Below, piece after piece: positions 1-12,224 of a DNA stretch of 64,000 nt (within the stretch, counting starts at the first letter, position 1; every line of letters starts with the position of its first letter). The notes under the pieces were generated by a model. That model worked only from the letters and a program-made list of their open reading frames with translations, had not been told where the DNA came from and searched no databases. The position numbers and the translations under genes were made by a program. Origin of the DNA: Hypanus sabinus (taxonomy: Eukaryota); NCBI RefSeq assembly GCF_030144855.1, contig NC_082728.1, positions 32,798,001 through 32,862,000 of the forward strand, in the 5' to 3' direction.

Positions 1-66
1 ATGGCAATATCGTGTCCTCGTTCAATATTCCCGTCACCGTCTCCTCGCACTTCAAAGTCACGAACG
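1..66 (-). CDS. B7-family Ig gene B (paralog of gene A): 5' part of IgV exon, truncated by the window edge
   Basis: Acceptor tgtattgttttgcag|CG at 67/66, phase 1. Reads (A)FVTLKCEETVTGILNEDTILP-, which aligns residue for residue with gene A IgV (P)FVKLDCVESVIGICNKDAELPC. Not in the ORF track. Confidence 0.88.
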
Positions 67-150
67 CTGCAAAACAATACATCCCATCATCTTCCATTAC
101 TATCGTCAGTGTTGAATGAGCTAGTGACTGAAAAACGATTTACTACTTAC

Positions 151-232
151 CTTTTACAGAGTAAACGTTTGCACACAGCACCAAGTAACAATATATCTGT
201 AGGTTTAAATCCATTTCCAGTATTCCCTTCAT
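151..232 (-). CDS. B7-family Ig gene B: signal-peptide exon
   Basis: Acceptor gcag|ATG at 233/232 and donor AAAAG|gtaagt at 151/150 (phase 1). Reads MKGILEMDLNLQIYCYLVLCANVYSVK; second ATG at 214. The 84-nt intron to the IgV exon mirrors the 89-nt intron of gene A, and both exons have 18 nt before the internal ATG. Confidence 0.82.
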
Positions 233-559
233 CTGCCTGCCGATTTAAACACAATATACAATAAATGTTTAAAGATCAGAAATCGGATGTTTGCCAGGAA
301 TTTCATATAATGTAAATTCCAAGTAGGTTACAAAAAGGTAGATTGCATCAACTACATTCGATTGCTATATATGTTTGATCAATCAGAAAACCTCGTATAA
401 GTAACCCACTGGGTTTCTAGTTTGTTCTACGTTCAGCAGACTCTCCGCGACTGCGGACATTCGCTGCCTGGATCAAAGTGTTAATGCAAACACAGAAAAC
501 CAGTAGAGCTAAAGCAACAACCAAGTGTTGGAACCTACAGCGGGCAACCGGATTTGCCA

Positions 560-1120
560 TTTCGATCCACTTGAGAAAGCTGCAAGAGTCTGCAATCACC
601 TGTGGAGGGACCGCGGAGCCGAGTTTACCAACGCGCCTCACGCTGTCCCCCCGACAGCCTGCGAAATTCGTATTCGATTCGGCGGTCTGGGGACTTGTGT
701 TTCCTGGACTTTCAACTTCCTTGCTTTCTGTTTCAATCTGAATGGCGAGGACGATGGTGGCGATACCGAGTTTCAATTCCAAAAATAACTACTGTACCGA
801 AGATTTATGCCTGACATGCAACTTTTTAAAGTTGTACGGCTGTTAAACTTGCAGGTAACCCGCGGCCTCTTCACCACCAGCTCACTCGGAAAAGTGTCTT
901 ACGAAATGGAGGTCAATGGTGTGCTGCGAAAACCGAAACTAATGCGGGAAATACCCGGGAATGTGATTTCAGCAAACCCAACCCTTTCTTGTAAGAAGTA
1001 TACTGTCCCCAGCCGGACTTGCTCCGGCATTTGTTCCAGGGACATTGTCTAAAGTCCATCTTCCAGTTTTTATTTTAGTTTTCTTCGTCAACGTCAATTA
1101 ATATTGTGGACGGACATCGC
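560..1120 (-). promoter_or_regulatory. CpG-rich putative promoter / non-coding exon 1 of gene B; candidate donor CAG|GTGATT at 600/599
   Basis: CpG enrichment visible against a CpG-depleted background, immediately upstream of the signal exon. The donor context cctccacag|gtgatt resembles cctctccag|gtgacc upstream of gene A. Confidence 0.55.
928..956. promoter_or_regulatory. IRF-E (GAAAACCGAAACT, 928-940) with adjacent NF-kB-like site (GGGAAATACCC, 946-956)
   Basis: Exact match to the IRF-E consensus G(A)AAA(G/C)(T/C)GAAA(G/C)(T/C). The kB-like site has one mismatch to GGGRNWYYCC. Confidence 0.55.
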
Positions 1121-1527
1121 AAATATTTGAATTCATAACGATCACAAAATAATCATTTCCACATTCTGAGCGTTGTTTTGGATTGCACCGATGATCTGTA
1201 CTGGCAAGGAAACTTGTTTGAGAGGCCAGAAATAGGAAGATTGTGCAGCTAAATACGTGGCTAAGGAGTTGGTGTAGGAGGGAGGGCTTCATGTTGCTGG
1301 ACAATTGGGAAGGTGGGACCTGTTCCGACGGGATGGTTTGCACCTGAACTGGAGGGGGACTAACAGCCTTACGGGAAGGTTTGCTAGTGCTGCTACAGGG
1401 GGGGTTAAACTAGATTTGTCGGGGGAGGGGAGCCAGAGTGTTAGAGCAGATAGTGAGGTGGAGGAGGATAAAGGTCATGCGAGATCTGGAAGTATAGTGC
1501 ATGGAGTAAAGCCGGATCTGGCATATA

Positions 1528-1650
1528 ATGAGGAAATCTGCAGATGCTGGAAATTCAAACAACACACACAAAATGCTGGTGGAATGCAACACTCCAGGCA
1601 GCATCTATAGGAAGATGTCCACGTTTCAGGCCGAGACCCTTCGTCAGGAT
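1528..1650 (-). mobile_element. Penelope-like terminal repeat fragment with a decayed minimal hammerhead motif (1617-1649)
   Basis: Minus strand reads CTGACGA-agggtctcggcct-GAAAC-GTG-GAC. Same family as 11336-11680, 40567-40742 and 44130-44226. Confidence 0.7.
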
Positions 1651-2529
1651 TAAGGTGCATGTACTTCAATGCAAGAAGCATTAGGAACAAAGGTGATGAA
1701 CTGAGAGCTTGGATACATACTTGGAATTATGATATAGTGGCCATTATAGACTTCGCTGGCACCAGGGCAGGAATGGATTCTCAATATTCCTGGATTTCAG
1801 TGATTTTAAAGGGATAGAGAGGGAGAAAATGGGAGGAGTGGGATTACTGTTCATGGATACTATTACAGCTACAAAAGGGTGGGTAAGGTAGCAGGATCCT
1901 CTTTTCAGTCAGTATGGGTGGAAGTCAGGAACAGGAAGGGAGCAGTTACTCTGTTGGGAGTATTCTGTAGGCCCCCTGGTAGCAGCAGGGATACCAAGGA
2001 GCAGATTGGGGTGCAGATTTTGGAAAGATGCAAAAATAACAGGGTTGTTATCATGGGTGACTTTAACTTCCCTAATAATGATTCGCACCTGATCAGTTCC
2101 AATGGTTTGGACATTGTCAAGTGCATCCAGCATGGATTCCTGCCACAGTATGCCTGGAGTGTGTTGATATTAAGGGAGAAGATGTGTTGGAGTTGTTAAA
2201 ATACATTAGGACGGATAAGTCCACAGGGCCTGACGGAATCTTCCCCAGGCTGCTCCATGAGGTGAGGGAAGAGATTGCTGAGCCTCTGGCTAGGATCTTT
2301 ATGTCCTCGTTGTTCACAGGAATGGTACCGGAGGAATGAAGGGAGGCGAATGTTGTCCCCTTGTTCAAAAAGGTAGTAGGGATAGTCCGGGTAATTATAG
2401 ACCAGTGAGCCTTACATCTGTGGTGGGAAAGCTGTTGGAAAAGATTCTTAGAGATAGAATCTATGGGCTTTTAGAGAACATGGACTGATCAAGGACAGTC
2501 AGCATGGCTTTGTGAAGGGCAGATCATGT

Positions 2530-3633
2530 TGTCAGGAACGGAGGCAGGATTGGACCCAAATGCAGGATGCAGATATGGAAGTACTAGGGGTAGGACAGGA
2601 TGGGGATGCCATGGCATGCAAGGGTTAAGACAGGCGGTGCTGGATCCCAGAGGTCAGGTGAGGCAGGGGGATCCCAGAATTCGGATGAGGCAGGAGGGTC
2701 CCAGAGTTCATGGCAGGCAGGAGGGTTCCAGAGTTCGGACGAGGCGGGAGGGTCCCAGAGTTCATGGCAGGCAGGAGGATCCTAGTGTTCAGGCAGGGCA
2801 GGACGGTCCCTCATGGCAGGCTGCATGGATCCTGAGCCGGGCTGCCTCCCAAGCGGAAACGCGGCAGCCTGGGCAAGGCGAGGACACCTGGGCAGGTGTG
2901 GGGCACAACCCATGGGAAACGAGGGGAGGAAAGGGTAGGAGTCCTTAGGGCGGGCCGCATGGATCCTGGGCAGGGCCCCCTCCCAGGCGGAAACACGGAG
3001 GCCTGGGCAAGTCACAGACACTTGGGCAGGTGCGGGGCACAAGCCTTAGGGAGCAATAGGTAGAAAGGGCAGAACCCCCAGCGGGCAGCAGCAGTCCAGC
3101 CAGACCTGCTCGAGAAAGGCAATGGGTAGGAAGGTGCAGAACCCCTGCCAGGCAGCGGCAGTCCGGCTGGACCTGCCCGACGGAGGCAAGGGATCAGAAG
3201 GAAGCTGGGTCCACAGTGAGCAGCAGGACTACCGTGATACACCGGGTACATTGGTAAAGGCAACCGACAGTGCGGGCAAGGCGAATAAGGCAGAACAGCG
3301 GGACCAGTGCACAGGAGAGAAGCAGGGGAACAAGACTAACCAGATAGAACATATACAGAACTGGCCAACAACCAGGGCAGAACAGGATTCAGAGCCAGCA
3401 GTCCAGGTATAGAGCAGGTTAAACCGGCTTCAGAGCAGGACGACCCCACAACTAGGCTCAGTCCCCAAGCCCCTTATAAACACCTGCCCCCTTATAGGCA
3501 ACAGGTGTACCTCCTTAAGCCAAGGTGATCCAATGGGTCCGTGTGACAGGAGGGCTGGCTGCAAGGCCTCGAGTCCAGAGTCCACGGACCGGAGCAAGAC
3601 CTGGAAGACGGCTCCGGACCGGACCCCAAGACA
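2530..3633 (-). mobile_element. Solo LTR (Gypsy/sushi-like) inserted in CR1, with an internal 27-bp (54-bp higher-order) tandem repeat at ~2640-2810
   Basis: TG...CA termini; CR1 sequence resumes on both sides (agatcatg / tgcctaacaagcc); imperfect CATGY TSD. The motif ccaaatgcagga is shared with the LTRs at 30703 and 35219. TATA-like tttataa on the minus strand near 3475. Confidence 0.75.
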
Positions 3634-5084
3634 TGCCTAACAAGCCTGCTAGAGTTCTTTGAGGAGGTGACCAGGCATATAGATGAGGGTAGTGCAGTGG
3701 ATGTGATTTACATGGATTTTAGTAAGGCATTTGACAAGGTACTACACGGTAGGCTTATTCAGAAAGTCAGAAGGCATGGGATCCAGGGAAGTTTGGCCAG
3801 GTGGATTCAGAATTGGCCTGCCTGCAGAAAGCAGAAGGCCGTGGTGGAGGGAGTACATTTGGATTAGAGGGTTGTGACTAGTAGTATCCCACAAGGATCG
3901 GTTCTGGACTTCTACTTTTCGTGATTTTTATTAACAACCTGGATATAAGGGTAGAAGGGTGGGTTGGCAAGTTTGCAGATGACACAAGAGTTGGTGGTGC
4001 TGTGGATAATGGTGAGGATTGTCTAAGATTGCAGAGACATTGATAGGATGCAGAAGTGGGCTGAGAAGTGGCAGATGGAGTGCAACCCGGAGAAGTGTGA
4101 GGTGGTACACTTTGGAAGAACAAACTCCAAGGCAGAGTACAAAGTAAATGGCAGGATACTTGGGTGTGGAGGAGCAGAGGGATCTGGGGTTACATGTCCA
4201 CAGATCCCTGAAGGTTGCCTCACAGGTAGATAGGGTAGTTAAGAAAGCTTATGGAGTGTTAGCTTTCATAAATTGAGGTAAAGAGTTTAAGAGTCTCAGG
4301 GTAATGATGCAACTCTATGAAACTCTGGTTAGGCCACACTTGGAATACTGTGTCCAGTTCTGGTCACCTCATTATAGGAAGGATGTGGAAGCATTGGAAA
4401 GGGTAGAGAGGAGACTTAACAGGATGCTGCCTGGTTTAGAGAGTATGCAACATGATCATAGATTAAGGGAGCTAGGGCTTTACTCTCTGGAGCGAAGGAG
4501 GGTGAGAGGAGACATGAAAGAGGTATACAAGATATTAAGAGAAATAGATTGAGTGGACAGCCAGCGCCCCTTCCCCAGGGCAACACTGCTGAGTACAAGA
4601 GGACATGGCTTTAAGGTAAGGGAAGGAAAGTTCAGGGGGGATTTTAGAGGAAGGTTTTTTACTCAGAGAGTGGTTGATGCGTGGAATGCACTGCCTGAGT
4701 CAGTGGTGGAGGTAGATACATTAGTGAAATTTAAGAGACTACTAGACAGGTATATGGAGGAATTTAAGGTGGTGGGTTATATGGGAGGCAGGGTTTGAGG
4801 GTCGGCACAACATTGTGGGCTGAATGGCCTGTACTGTGTTGTATTGTTCCTTGTTCTTTGTTGTTCTTTGGTTCAGTGAGCCACACACAAACAAACAAAG
4901 CTGTAGACTGAACAGGCCTTATATTCACTTCTAGCAAACATTAAGGGAGGGGGCTGGTGGGAGAATCTCTCAAAACTCAAAAGAATAAGATTTTAATTTT
5001 AAGTTAGTACAATGAAAGCAGTTGATCAATATCAACAATCAATATACAAGATTAACTCCCCGTTGCTTCTTTATAAGGTATCTC

Positions 5085-5577
5085 CGGTACCTGATGAAGT
5101 GACCACTGAGTGTATTTTTGTGGTCTTTTGCTGCTCCAGCCCATCAGCTTCAAGGTTTGATGTGTTGTGGGATCAGTAGTTCTGTGAACCACTGTTGGAA
5201 CACATTGTTTATTTGATGTACTGTCGCTTTCCTGTCAGCTTGAACCAGTCTGGCCATTCTCCTCTGACCTCTCTCATTAACAAAGCATTTTCACCCACTA
5301 AACTTCTGCTCACTGGATTTTTTTTAGTCAAATTATTTTCTATAAAGTTTTGATGTACATGAAAATCCCAGGGGATCAGCAGTTTCTGAGATACCCAAAG
5401 CCACTCCGTCTAGCACCAACAATCATTCCACGCTCAAAGGCACCTAGATCACATCTCTTCTCCATTTTAACGTTCGGTCTGAACAGGACTTTGTATTGCA
5501 TTGCAGTCACACGATTGGCTGATAAAATATGTACATTAATTAGCGGGTGTACCTAATAAAGGGGTCATTAAGTGTAC
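5085..5577. mobile_element. Non-autonomous Tc1/mariner-like element (second copy in opposite orientation at ~17394-17800)
   Basis: Terminal motif gtacctaataaagtggccactgagtgta (degenerate) ending in TA; internal sequence is the reverse complement of 17394-17800. Confidence 0.65.
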
Positions 5578-6034
5578 ATCACTGTATTGGGCGTGAACAG
5601 ATAGTTCAGTATAGTTATATGTTTACGCATCAAAATTGATATCTAGTTTTGTAAATTCAAACACCTTCGTCAAGACAAAGTCAACTGCACCGTATGTGTA
5701 CCCCTGCATTCTCACATGCTACATCTCAGCAATGTAGGGGATGGACGATGGGGACAGGTCAAGAGAAGTTCTGACCCTTCCTAAATGCTGACATGAACTG
5801 CATTTTTTCTTCATTCATTCATTCATTCATTGTTCAGGGCACTCTGTTTTTGTGGATGTTTGCAAAGAAAAAGAATTTCAGGGTATATATTGTATACATA
5901 TCACTGACATTCAATGTACCTTTTGAAACATATTGAATGAATGTTTCTGTGCCCAGACTTTTAAGAGCATGGAAGCCTATCCCTCCCTAAATCCATCACT
6001 ATAATATTGGGTACTCCCATGGTTACAATAGAAA

Positions 6035-6420
6035 AACATGGAAACATTAGACAACCAGCACAATACAGGCTCTTCAGCCCACAAGGCTGTGCTGAACATG
6101 TACTTACTTTAGAAACTACCTAGGGTTACCCATAGCGCTCTATTTTTCTAAGCTGCATGTACCTATCCAGGAGTCTCTTAAAAGACTCTATCGTATCCAC
6201 CTCCACCGCCGTTTCCGGCTGCCCATTCCATGCACTCACCACTCTCTGCGTAAAAAACTTACCCCTGACATCTTCACTGTACCAACTTCCAAGCACCTTT
6301 AAACTGTGCCCTTTCATGCTAGTCATTTCAGCCTTGGGATAAAGCCTCTGACTATCCACATGATCAATGCCTCTCATCATCTTATACACCTCTATCAGGT
6401 CACTTCTCATCCTCTCTCAT
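6035..6420 (-). mobile_element. CR1 3' fragment
   Basis: RSDLIEVYKMMRG...KFFTQRVVSAWN motif plus CR1 3' UTR. Confidence 0.9.
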
Positions 6421-6519
6421 TCCAAAGGAGTAAAGCAAAACAGTGGCTTGCCCTAATCAATGATATATGTCAACAAATAAAGTAAGAGAAGGGCACATAA
6501 GAAGTCAAATACACGATAA

Positions 6520-7700
6520 AGCAGAAATACAGTTGACTGAGAGAGCTAGAAAAAGTACTAATAGGGTAAAAAATGAATTTGAAAGAGAGTATAAGGTTAT
6601 AAAAAAGGGATTTAGCAGAGATGTTAAAACTGCAGGTTTAATGTAAACATAACAAGAGAAAATGATTGGTGAAGGGGAAGTGACATGTATTGGAGACTCG
6701 TGAGAAATAATTTGCTTAATAGCCAACAGAAGGTAGAGGAACAGATATGTAGGCAGATTATGGAAATACCTAAAAACAACACGGTTGTTGTAGAGGGTAA
6801 TTTTAACTTCCTCAATATTGACGGACTTCCTCAGCATAAAAAGTCTTGAACAGAGGAGAAATAGTAAGTTTCATCTAGGACGATTTCTTGAAACATTATG
6901 TGGATAGTTTAACTACAGGAGGGGATTTATATTGGGAAGCTAGCATGACCAGGTGACTGACATTTAAGTGGGAAAGCTTAATGTATTTGTTTGTTTGTCT
7001 GTTTGTTTGTTTATTTATTCATTGAGGTACAGCATGAAGAAGATTGGCTACCAGCCAGGAGGCAAAAAGGGGGATAAAAAAGAAGCCTTTTCTGATTGGC
7101 TGCCATTGATTAGTGGTGGTCTGCAATATTTGGTTTTGGGACTGCTTTTTATCACAATATATGTCAATGATGTAGATGATGGACTCGATGGGTTTGTGGC
7201 CAAGTGATGATACAAAGGTAGGTGGAGGGGAAGGGTATGTTGAGGAAGTAGGGAGTCTGCAGATGAACTTGTACAGGTTAGGAGAATGGGTGAAGAAGTG
7301 GCAAATGGAGTACAGTGTAGGGAATGGTATTTTCGTACATTTTAGTGGAAGGAATAAAGCTGTAGACTATTTTCTAAACAGAAAAAATTCAGAAAGCTGA
7401 GGTGCAAAGAGACTTGGGAGTCCTTGTGCAGGATTCCCTAAAGGTTAACCTGTTGCTCAAGTTGGTAGTAAGGAAGGCAAATTAAATTTCAGGAGGATGA
7501 GAATAAAAACAAGGATATAATGCTGAAACCGTTTAAGGCATTGGTCAGACTGCATTTGGAGCATTGTGAGCAGTTTTGTGTCTCTTACCTAAGAAAGGAT
7601 AAGCTGGTATTGGAGAGGGTTCATGAGAATGCTCCTGGAATGAAAGGGTTAATGGCTCTGGCCACCAGGGAGAATCTTTCTTCTCCCCCTTCCATCAGGC
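6520..7700 (+). mobile_element. Degenerate CR1 ORF2 fragments
   Basis: Remnants of GDFNFP, DDTKVGG, LVRLHLEHCEQF motifs. Confidence 0.75.
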
Positions 7701-7990
7701 AAAAGATTTTTAAAAAAGCCTGAAAGCACTTACTACCAGGCTCAAGGACAACTTCCATCCTGCTGTTACAAGGCATGTTTCCCCAGTATGATAAGATGGA
7801 CCCTTGACCTCACAGTCTGCCTCATTATGACTTTGCATCTTGTAGTCTACCAGCACTGCACTGTCTCTGTAACACTTTTAAGCATGCTGTTACTGTTTTA
7901 CATTGTAAAACCTTGATGCACTTCTGTAATCAACTGATCTGTATGAATTTTGTGGAAGGCAAATTTTTCACTGTACCTTGGTACACATGA
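7700..7990 (+). mobile_element. Rex1/Babar-type LINE 3' fragment
   Basis: accaggctcaaggacaacttccatcctgct (TRLKDSFxP-like) followed by a typical 3' UTR. Confidence 0.5.
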
Positions 7991-8936
7991 TAATAGTAAA
8001 CTGATTCCAATTCTAATTCTTCTCTATCGTATGCTAACCAGACCTTCAAACAAAATTCCAGGTGCTGACTTACCCGCCATTCTATACCAGTGTACACATC
8101 ATTAACCTTACATGACACATATTATGGTAGATGACTATTGCCCGGATTGTCTGTGTACCTACTTGCCCACTTTCTATACTGTATACCTGAACTGCTGCCT
8201 TAATCATCAACCCCTAACAGCCCTAACACACTGTAAGCATTGAATGAGACAATTCTTGGTATTGTGCCCTGGGCTTCCACATCTGTTAAGAGTCTAAGCT
8301 TATATGGATTGTAGGATGGGTCTGAACATGGATTTTGGAATCATGAAATAGCTTTCACATTAATTTTCTAACTGAAAAACCTGCCATTACAATAAAATCA
8401 TTCTGAATACAGTCTGAAATTTGGAGTTTTTTTATTTTAAAAGTTAATTATTAAAGATTTATTACATTTCCACAATGTTAAGTAATCAAACAGAAAGGTT
8501 TTATTTTTCTTATTGACTTAAGCTGTTCTGTGCCTTGATTATAATCTTCAGAAAGTCAGGCTTCATCTTGTCTGCATCTTGGAAAATTCTCTTAAATTTT
8601 TCAGTTGATAACTTTCAGTTCAGATTCCAGTTCTTTTATTTGGATGCAGAAAGTATAGCATGATTAGCTCATTAAACTGTGAGTTATCGACATAGGAATC
8701 TGGTGAAAATATATTGACAATACTGATTTTGCTAATTCACATGAATAATTATGTTGATTGACAAGAGTAGATTGATGACAGAATCTGGCTCTTTTTTTGG
8801 AGAATTAACTTGATACACATATTCAATTTTCTTTGTCATCTGTTGGAGAAAAAATAACTCATCAGTTGAAGGATGGAGCTAAAGTAACCTCAGAGGAAAC
8901 TAATACTTTGCATTTAAAGAGTACATGAAAGAGAGA

Positions 8937-9185
8937 CAATAGACAATAGGTGCAGGAGTAGGCCATTCAGCCCTTTGAGCCAGAACCGCCATTCAATGTG
9001 ATCATGGCTGATCATCCACAATCAGTACCCCATTCCTGCCTTCTCCCCATATCCCTTCACTCTGCAATCTTTAAGAGCTCTATCTAACTCTTTCTTGAAA
9101 GCATCCAGAGAATTGGCATCCACTGCCTTCTGAGGCAGAGCATTCCATAGAACCACAACTCTGGGTGAAAAAGTTTTTCCTCAAG
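8937..9185 (-). mobile_element. CR1 3' end fragment
   Basis: Reverse-complemented CR1 3' UTR (ggtgcaggagtaggccattcagcc). Confidence 0.8.
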
Positions 9186-9228
9186 TGTGGTTAGTGAGAT
9201 CAGAGAGTGGTACGCAAATATTCTAGAT

Positions 9229-10008
9229 CAGGGATGGCCAACCTATGGAGCCTCTGCCAAAAGTGGCGCATTGGCTGATTAGAAGTGCCGCAATGAACAG
9301 TGGGAAAATAAGTTCTTATTTATAGCGTGTCCATCAGGAAAACCGTTGTGCATTGTTTGTGAAAACATTTTCTCACACCATAGAATACATGATCTTAATA
9401 GACACAATAAAACACAACATCAGACTGAAATAGAAGGGAAACTGAAGCTACTACTTGAGTTTGAGTTACGGAAAGTATATGTGATTAAGAAAAAGAAAGA
9501 AATCAAAAGAAGATAAAATATATTAAAAGTCTCATTAAGGTAAGTAATGTTTATCTTGTTTTTTATACTAAATGAATACATCATGTAAAAATGCTAAGTA
9601 TGTCTATATTAACATATTTTTACAAGAATTGAATGGGGGTATAAGAGTTGTATAGTGTGTGTGGCCAAATGGTTAAGGCATTGGACTAGCGATCTGAAGG
9701 TCATGAGTTTGAGCCCCACCAAAGCGATATGTTGTGTCCTTGAGCAAGGCACTTAACCACACATTGCTCCAGTCCACCCAGCTGAAAATGGGTACCGGCA
9801 AAATGCTGGGGGTTAACCTCGTGATAGACTGGCGTCCCCCCCTGGGGGGGGGGAGGAATTCTCGTACTCTCAGTCACCTCATGCCATGGAAACCGGCATA
9901 AGCACTGGCTTGATGAGCATATAAGTCTCAGTACAAGAGTTGTATGGCAAATCAGAACTCGTGCATGAAAAAATAAACGCATGGAATGTAAAAGGTTGGC
10001 CACCCCTG
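9229..10008. mobile_element. hAT-Charlie non-autonomous element (MITE)
   Basis: TIRs CAGGGATGGCCAACCT / AGGTTGGCCACCCCTG; perfect 8-bp TSD TTCTAGAT (9221-9228, 10009-10016), which fits the Charlie NTCTAGAN preference. Confidence 0.92.
9654..9934 (+). mobile_element. tRNA-derived SINE nested in the Charlie MITE
   Basis: A-box TGGCCAAATGG and decayed B-box GAGTTTGAGCCC; perfect 11-bp TSD AAGAGTTGTAT (9643-9653, 9935-9945). Confidence 0.88.
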
Positions 10009-10039
10009 TTCTAGATCATGTTGATACTAAACAGCAGGA

Positions 10040-11330
10040 GGAATTGGAGAAGCTGAAGAATATTATGCTGAATAAATCCTCAGAGCTTGATGTGATCTAT
10101 CCCAAGTTACCGGGAGAGGCAAGACAGGAAATTGCTGATTGACAGAGATCTTTATATCCTCTATATTGACAGGCCCCTGGGGAATGGAGAATAGTCAATA
10201 CTGTTCCTCTAGTTCTGAGACAAACCAGCAAATTAGAGACCTGTGAGCCTTACACAAAATTATTGGAGAGAATTGTTATGGATAGGATCAAATCGCATCT
10301 GGAAAGACCATAAAGCACAGGAGCAGAATTAGGCCAATTAGCACATCGAGTCTTCTCCATCATTCCATCCTTTGGAGGAGGACATATATCACAAACTTTA
10401 TTGTGCTTTTTGAAGTAATTGATAATGGCAAGGCAGTAAATGCTATAGTAAAGCTGTGGATAAGATTACTTGTGGTAGGTTAATCCAGAATACTAAGGCC
10501 CAGCAGATCCATGGAGACTTGATAGGTTGGATGCAAAATTGGATGTGCCGTAATTATGCAGGGGAGTTACTCTGGCTGGAGGTCTGTGGCCAGTGACGCT
10601 CCACAAGGGTCAATGCTGGGACCTCTATTATTTGTGATTTATATAAATGATTTGGATGGAAATAAGTGGTTGATGAATAAGTTTGTATGCAATGCAGAAA
10701 CTGGGGGAGTTGTGAATAATGCGGAAGGAATCAATAGGATATACACCAATTGGAAATACGGGCAGAGAAATTGCAGATGGATTTTAATCTGAATACGTTT
10801 GAGGTGTTGTACTTTGGGAGGTCAAATGCACGGGATTTGATCAGTAAATAGCAGGAAGTGAGGAGCATTATTGTACTTAGGGATATTGAGGAAGAAGTCA
10901 ATAGCTCATTGAAAGTAGCAACACAAGTTACTAAGGTGGTAAGGATGGGATTTGGCAGACATGTTTTCAGCTTTTGGGCTGCTGAGTATAAGCACTGGGA
11001 AGTCATGTTGCAGTTGTATTATACTTTGGTAAGGCCACATTTCGAGTACTGTTAGCAGTTCATGTTGCTGTATTATAGAAAGGACGTGAAGGCTTTGAAG
11101 AAGGTCTGCTAATATATTTCCTGAATTAAAGAGTATTCACTGTAAGGAGAAGTTGGACAAACATGGATTATTTTGCCTAAGCACAAGAGGCTGAGGGGTG
11201 ACCAGATAGAAGCATCGTACATTATGAGAGGCACAGATATATTGGATAGAATCTTGTTGCAGGTGGAAATATCAAATACGAAACGGCGTATCTTTAAGGT
11301 GAGACAGAAAAATTTAAAGGAGATTTTCAA
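10040..11330 (+). mobile_element. Degenerate CR1 ORF2
   Basis: PQGSMLGPLLFVIYINDLD and TLVRPHFEYC motifs. Confidence 0.85.
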
Positions 11331-11335
11331 AGAAT

Positions 11336-11680
11336 ACACACAAAATGCTGGTAGATCGCAGCAGGCCAGGCTGCATCTATAGGAAGAAGTATAGTCGACA
11401 TTTCAGGCCGAGACCCTTTGTCAGGACTAACTGAAAGAAAAGATAGTAAAATATTTGAGAGGGGGAGGGGGGAAATCCGAAGTGATAGGAGAAGACAGGA
11501 GGGGGAGGGATGAAGCTAAGTGCTGGAAAGTTGATTGGCAAAAGGGATACACAGCTGGAGAAGGGAGAGGATCATGGGATGGGAGGCCTAGGGAGAAAGA
11601 AAGGGGGAGGGGAGCACTAGGGCGAGATGGAGAGCAGGCAAGGAGTGATTGTGAGAGGGACAGAGAGAGAGAAAAATAAG
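11336..11680 (-). mobile_element. Penelope-like 3' UTR / terminal repeat with decayed hammerhead (11393-11428)
   Basis: Minus strand AGTC-CTGACAA-agggtctcggcct-GAAAT-GTC-GACT; purine-rich flank on the + strand. Confidence 0.75.
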
Positions 11681-12224
11681 GCTTTTTTAAGCACTGTGTG
11701 TGAAGGAACTTGGTACAAACAGAATGTCAATGTTCAAGAGGCATTTATACAGTCACATAAACAGACAGGAACTGGAGGGGTATAGCCCATGTGCAGGCTG
11801 ATTGAAATACTTTGTTCTCATTATGACCATTGTAGGACAAAGTGCCTGATCCCACACTATATGCTTCTATGCTCTAATTAAAGGTAAAATAACTCTTCCT
11901 TTTAGAAATTGTAAAGATATTCTTAAAAGTTACATACCTACAAAATTTACCAGCATTGATGCAGATTGTTTCCTGATGTATGCTTTTAAGAAAATGGCAA
12001 CATTAATATTTCAAGTTAAAATAGTATTATATTCAATCTGAAAAGATGTTTCTTGAAACAACTTTACATGATTTAATACTTAACCATGAACCATATCACA
12101 CTTTGTTTGCTGCTGAACTTCTCTTTCTTTTTTAACCCTAAAATGTTCTCAGTGGGCAAATTCAAGGCTAATGCACTTTGATATGAATAAAGTTTCTGAA
12201 AACTGACAGGCAGATTATTGCTTA

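Larger units (their letters stand above)
1190..4870 (+). mobile_element. CR1 LINE, degenerate: ORF1 esterase C-terminus, APE endonuclease, RT and 3' UTR; internally deleted and interrupted by two insertions
   Basis: DGLHLNWRGT (esterase), VIMGDFNFP (APE), DVIYMDFSKAFDKV, RPHLEYCVQFWSPHY, FFTQRVV motifs; (TGTTCTT)n-like tail at 4845-4870. Confidence 0.93.

Noticed and set aside
417-782. 121-aa ORF with a hydrophobic stretch (LVVALALLVFCVCINTLI) resembling a signal or TM segment
   Set aside because: It starts at TTG, the hydrophobic run comes from T-rich sequence that is probably intron 1 of gene B, there is no convincing donor, and gene B already has a proper signal exon at 151-232.
2526-3412. 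Several GC-rich ORFs of 60-140 aa
   Set aside because: They lie inside a solo LTR with tandem repeats and give low-complexity translations.
8520-8640. Possible gene A terminal exon (ELESELKVIN*) near several minus-strand AATAAA signals
   Set aside because: The acceptor is weak (aataaaag, no adjacent pyrimidine tract), and better candidates lie at 13700 and 12037.
9654-9730. tRNA gene
   Set aside because: The tRNA-like head continues into a SINE body flanked by an 11-bp TSD; the B-box is decayed.
9885-9930. GAAAC...TTGATGAG in the SINE 3' part, resembling a permuted hammerhead
   Set aside because: No stem I and no NUH cleavage triplet in the required position; the core reads UUGAUGA.
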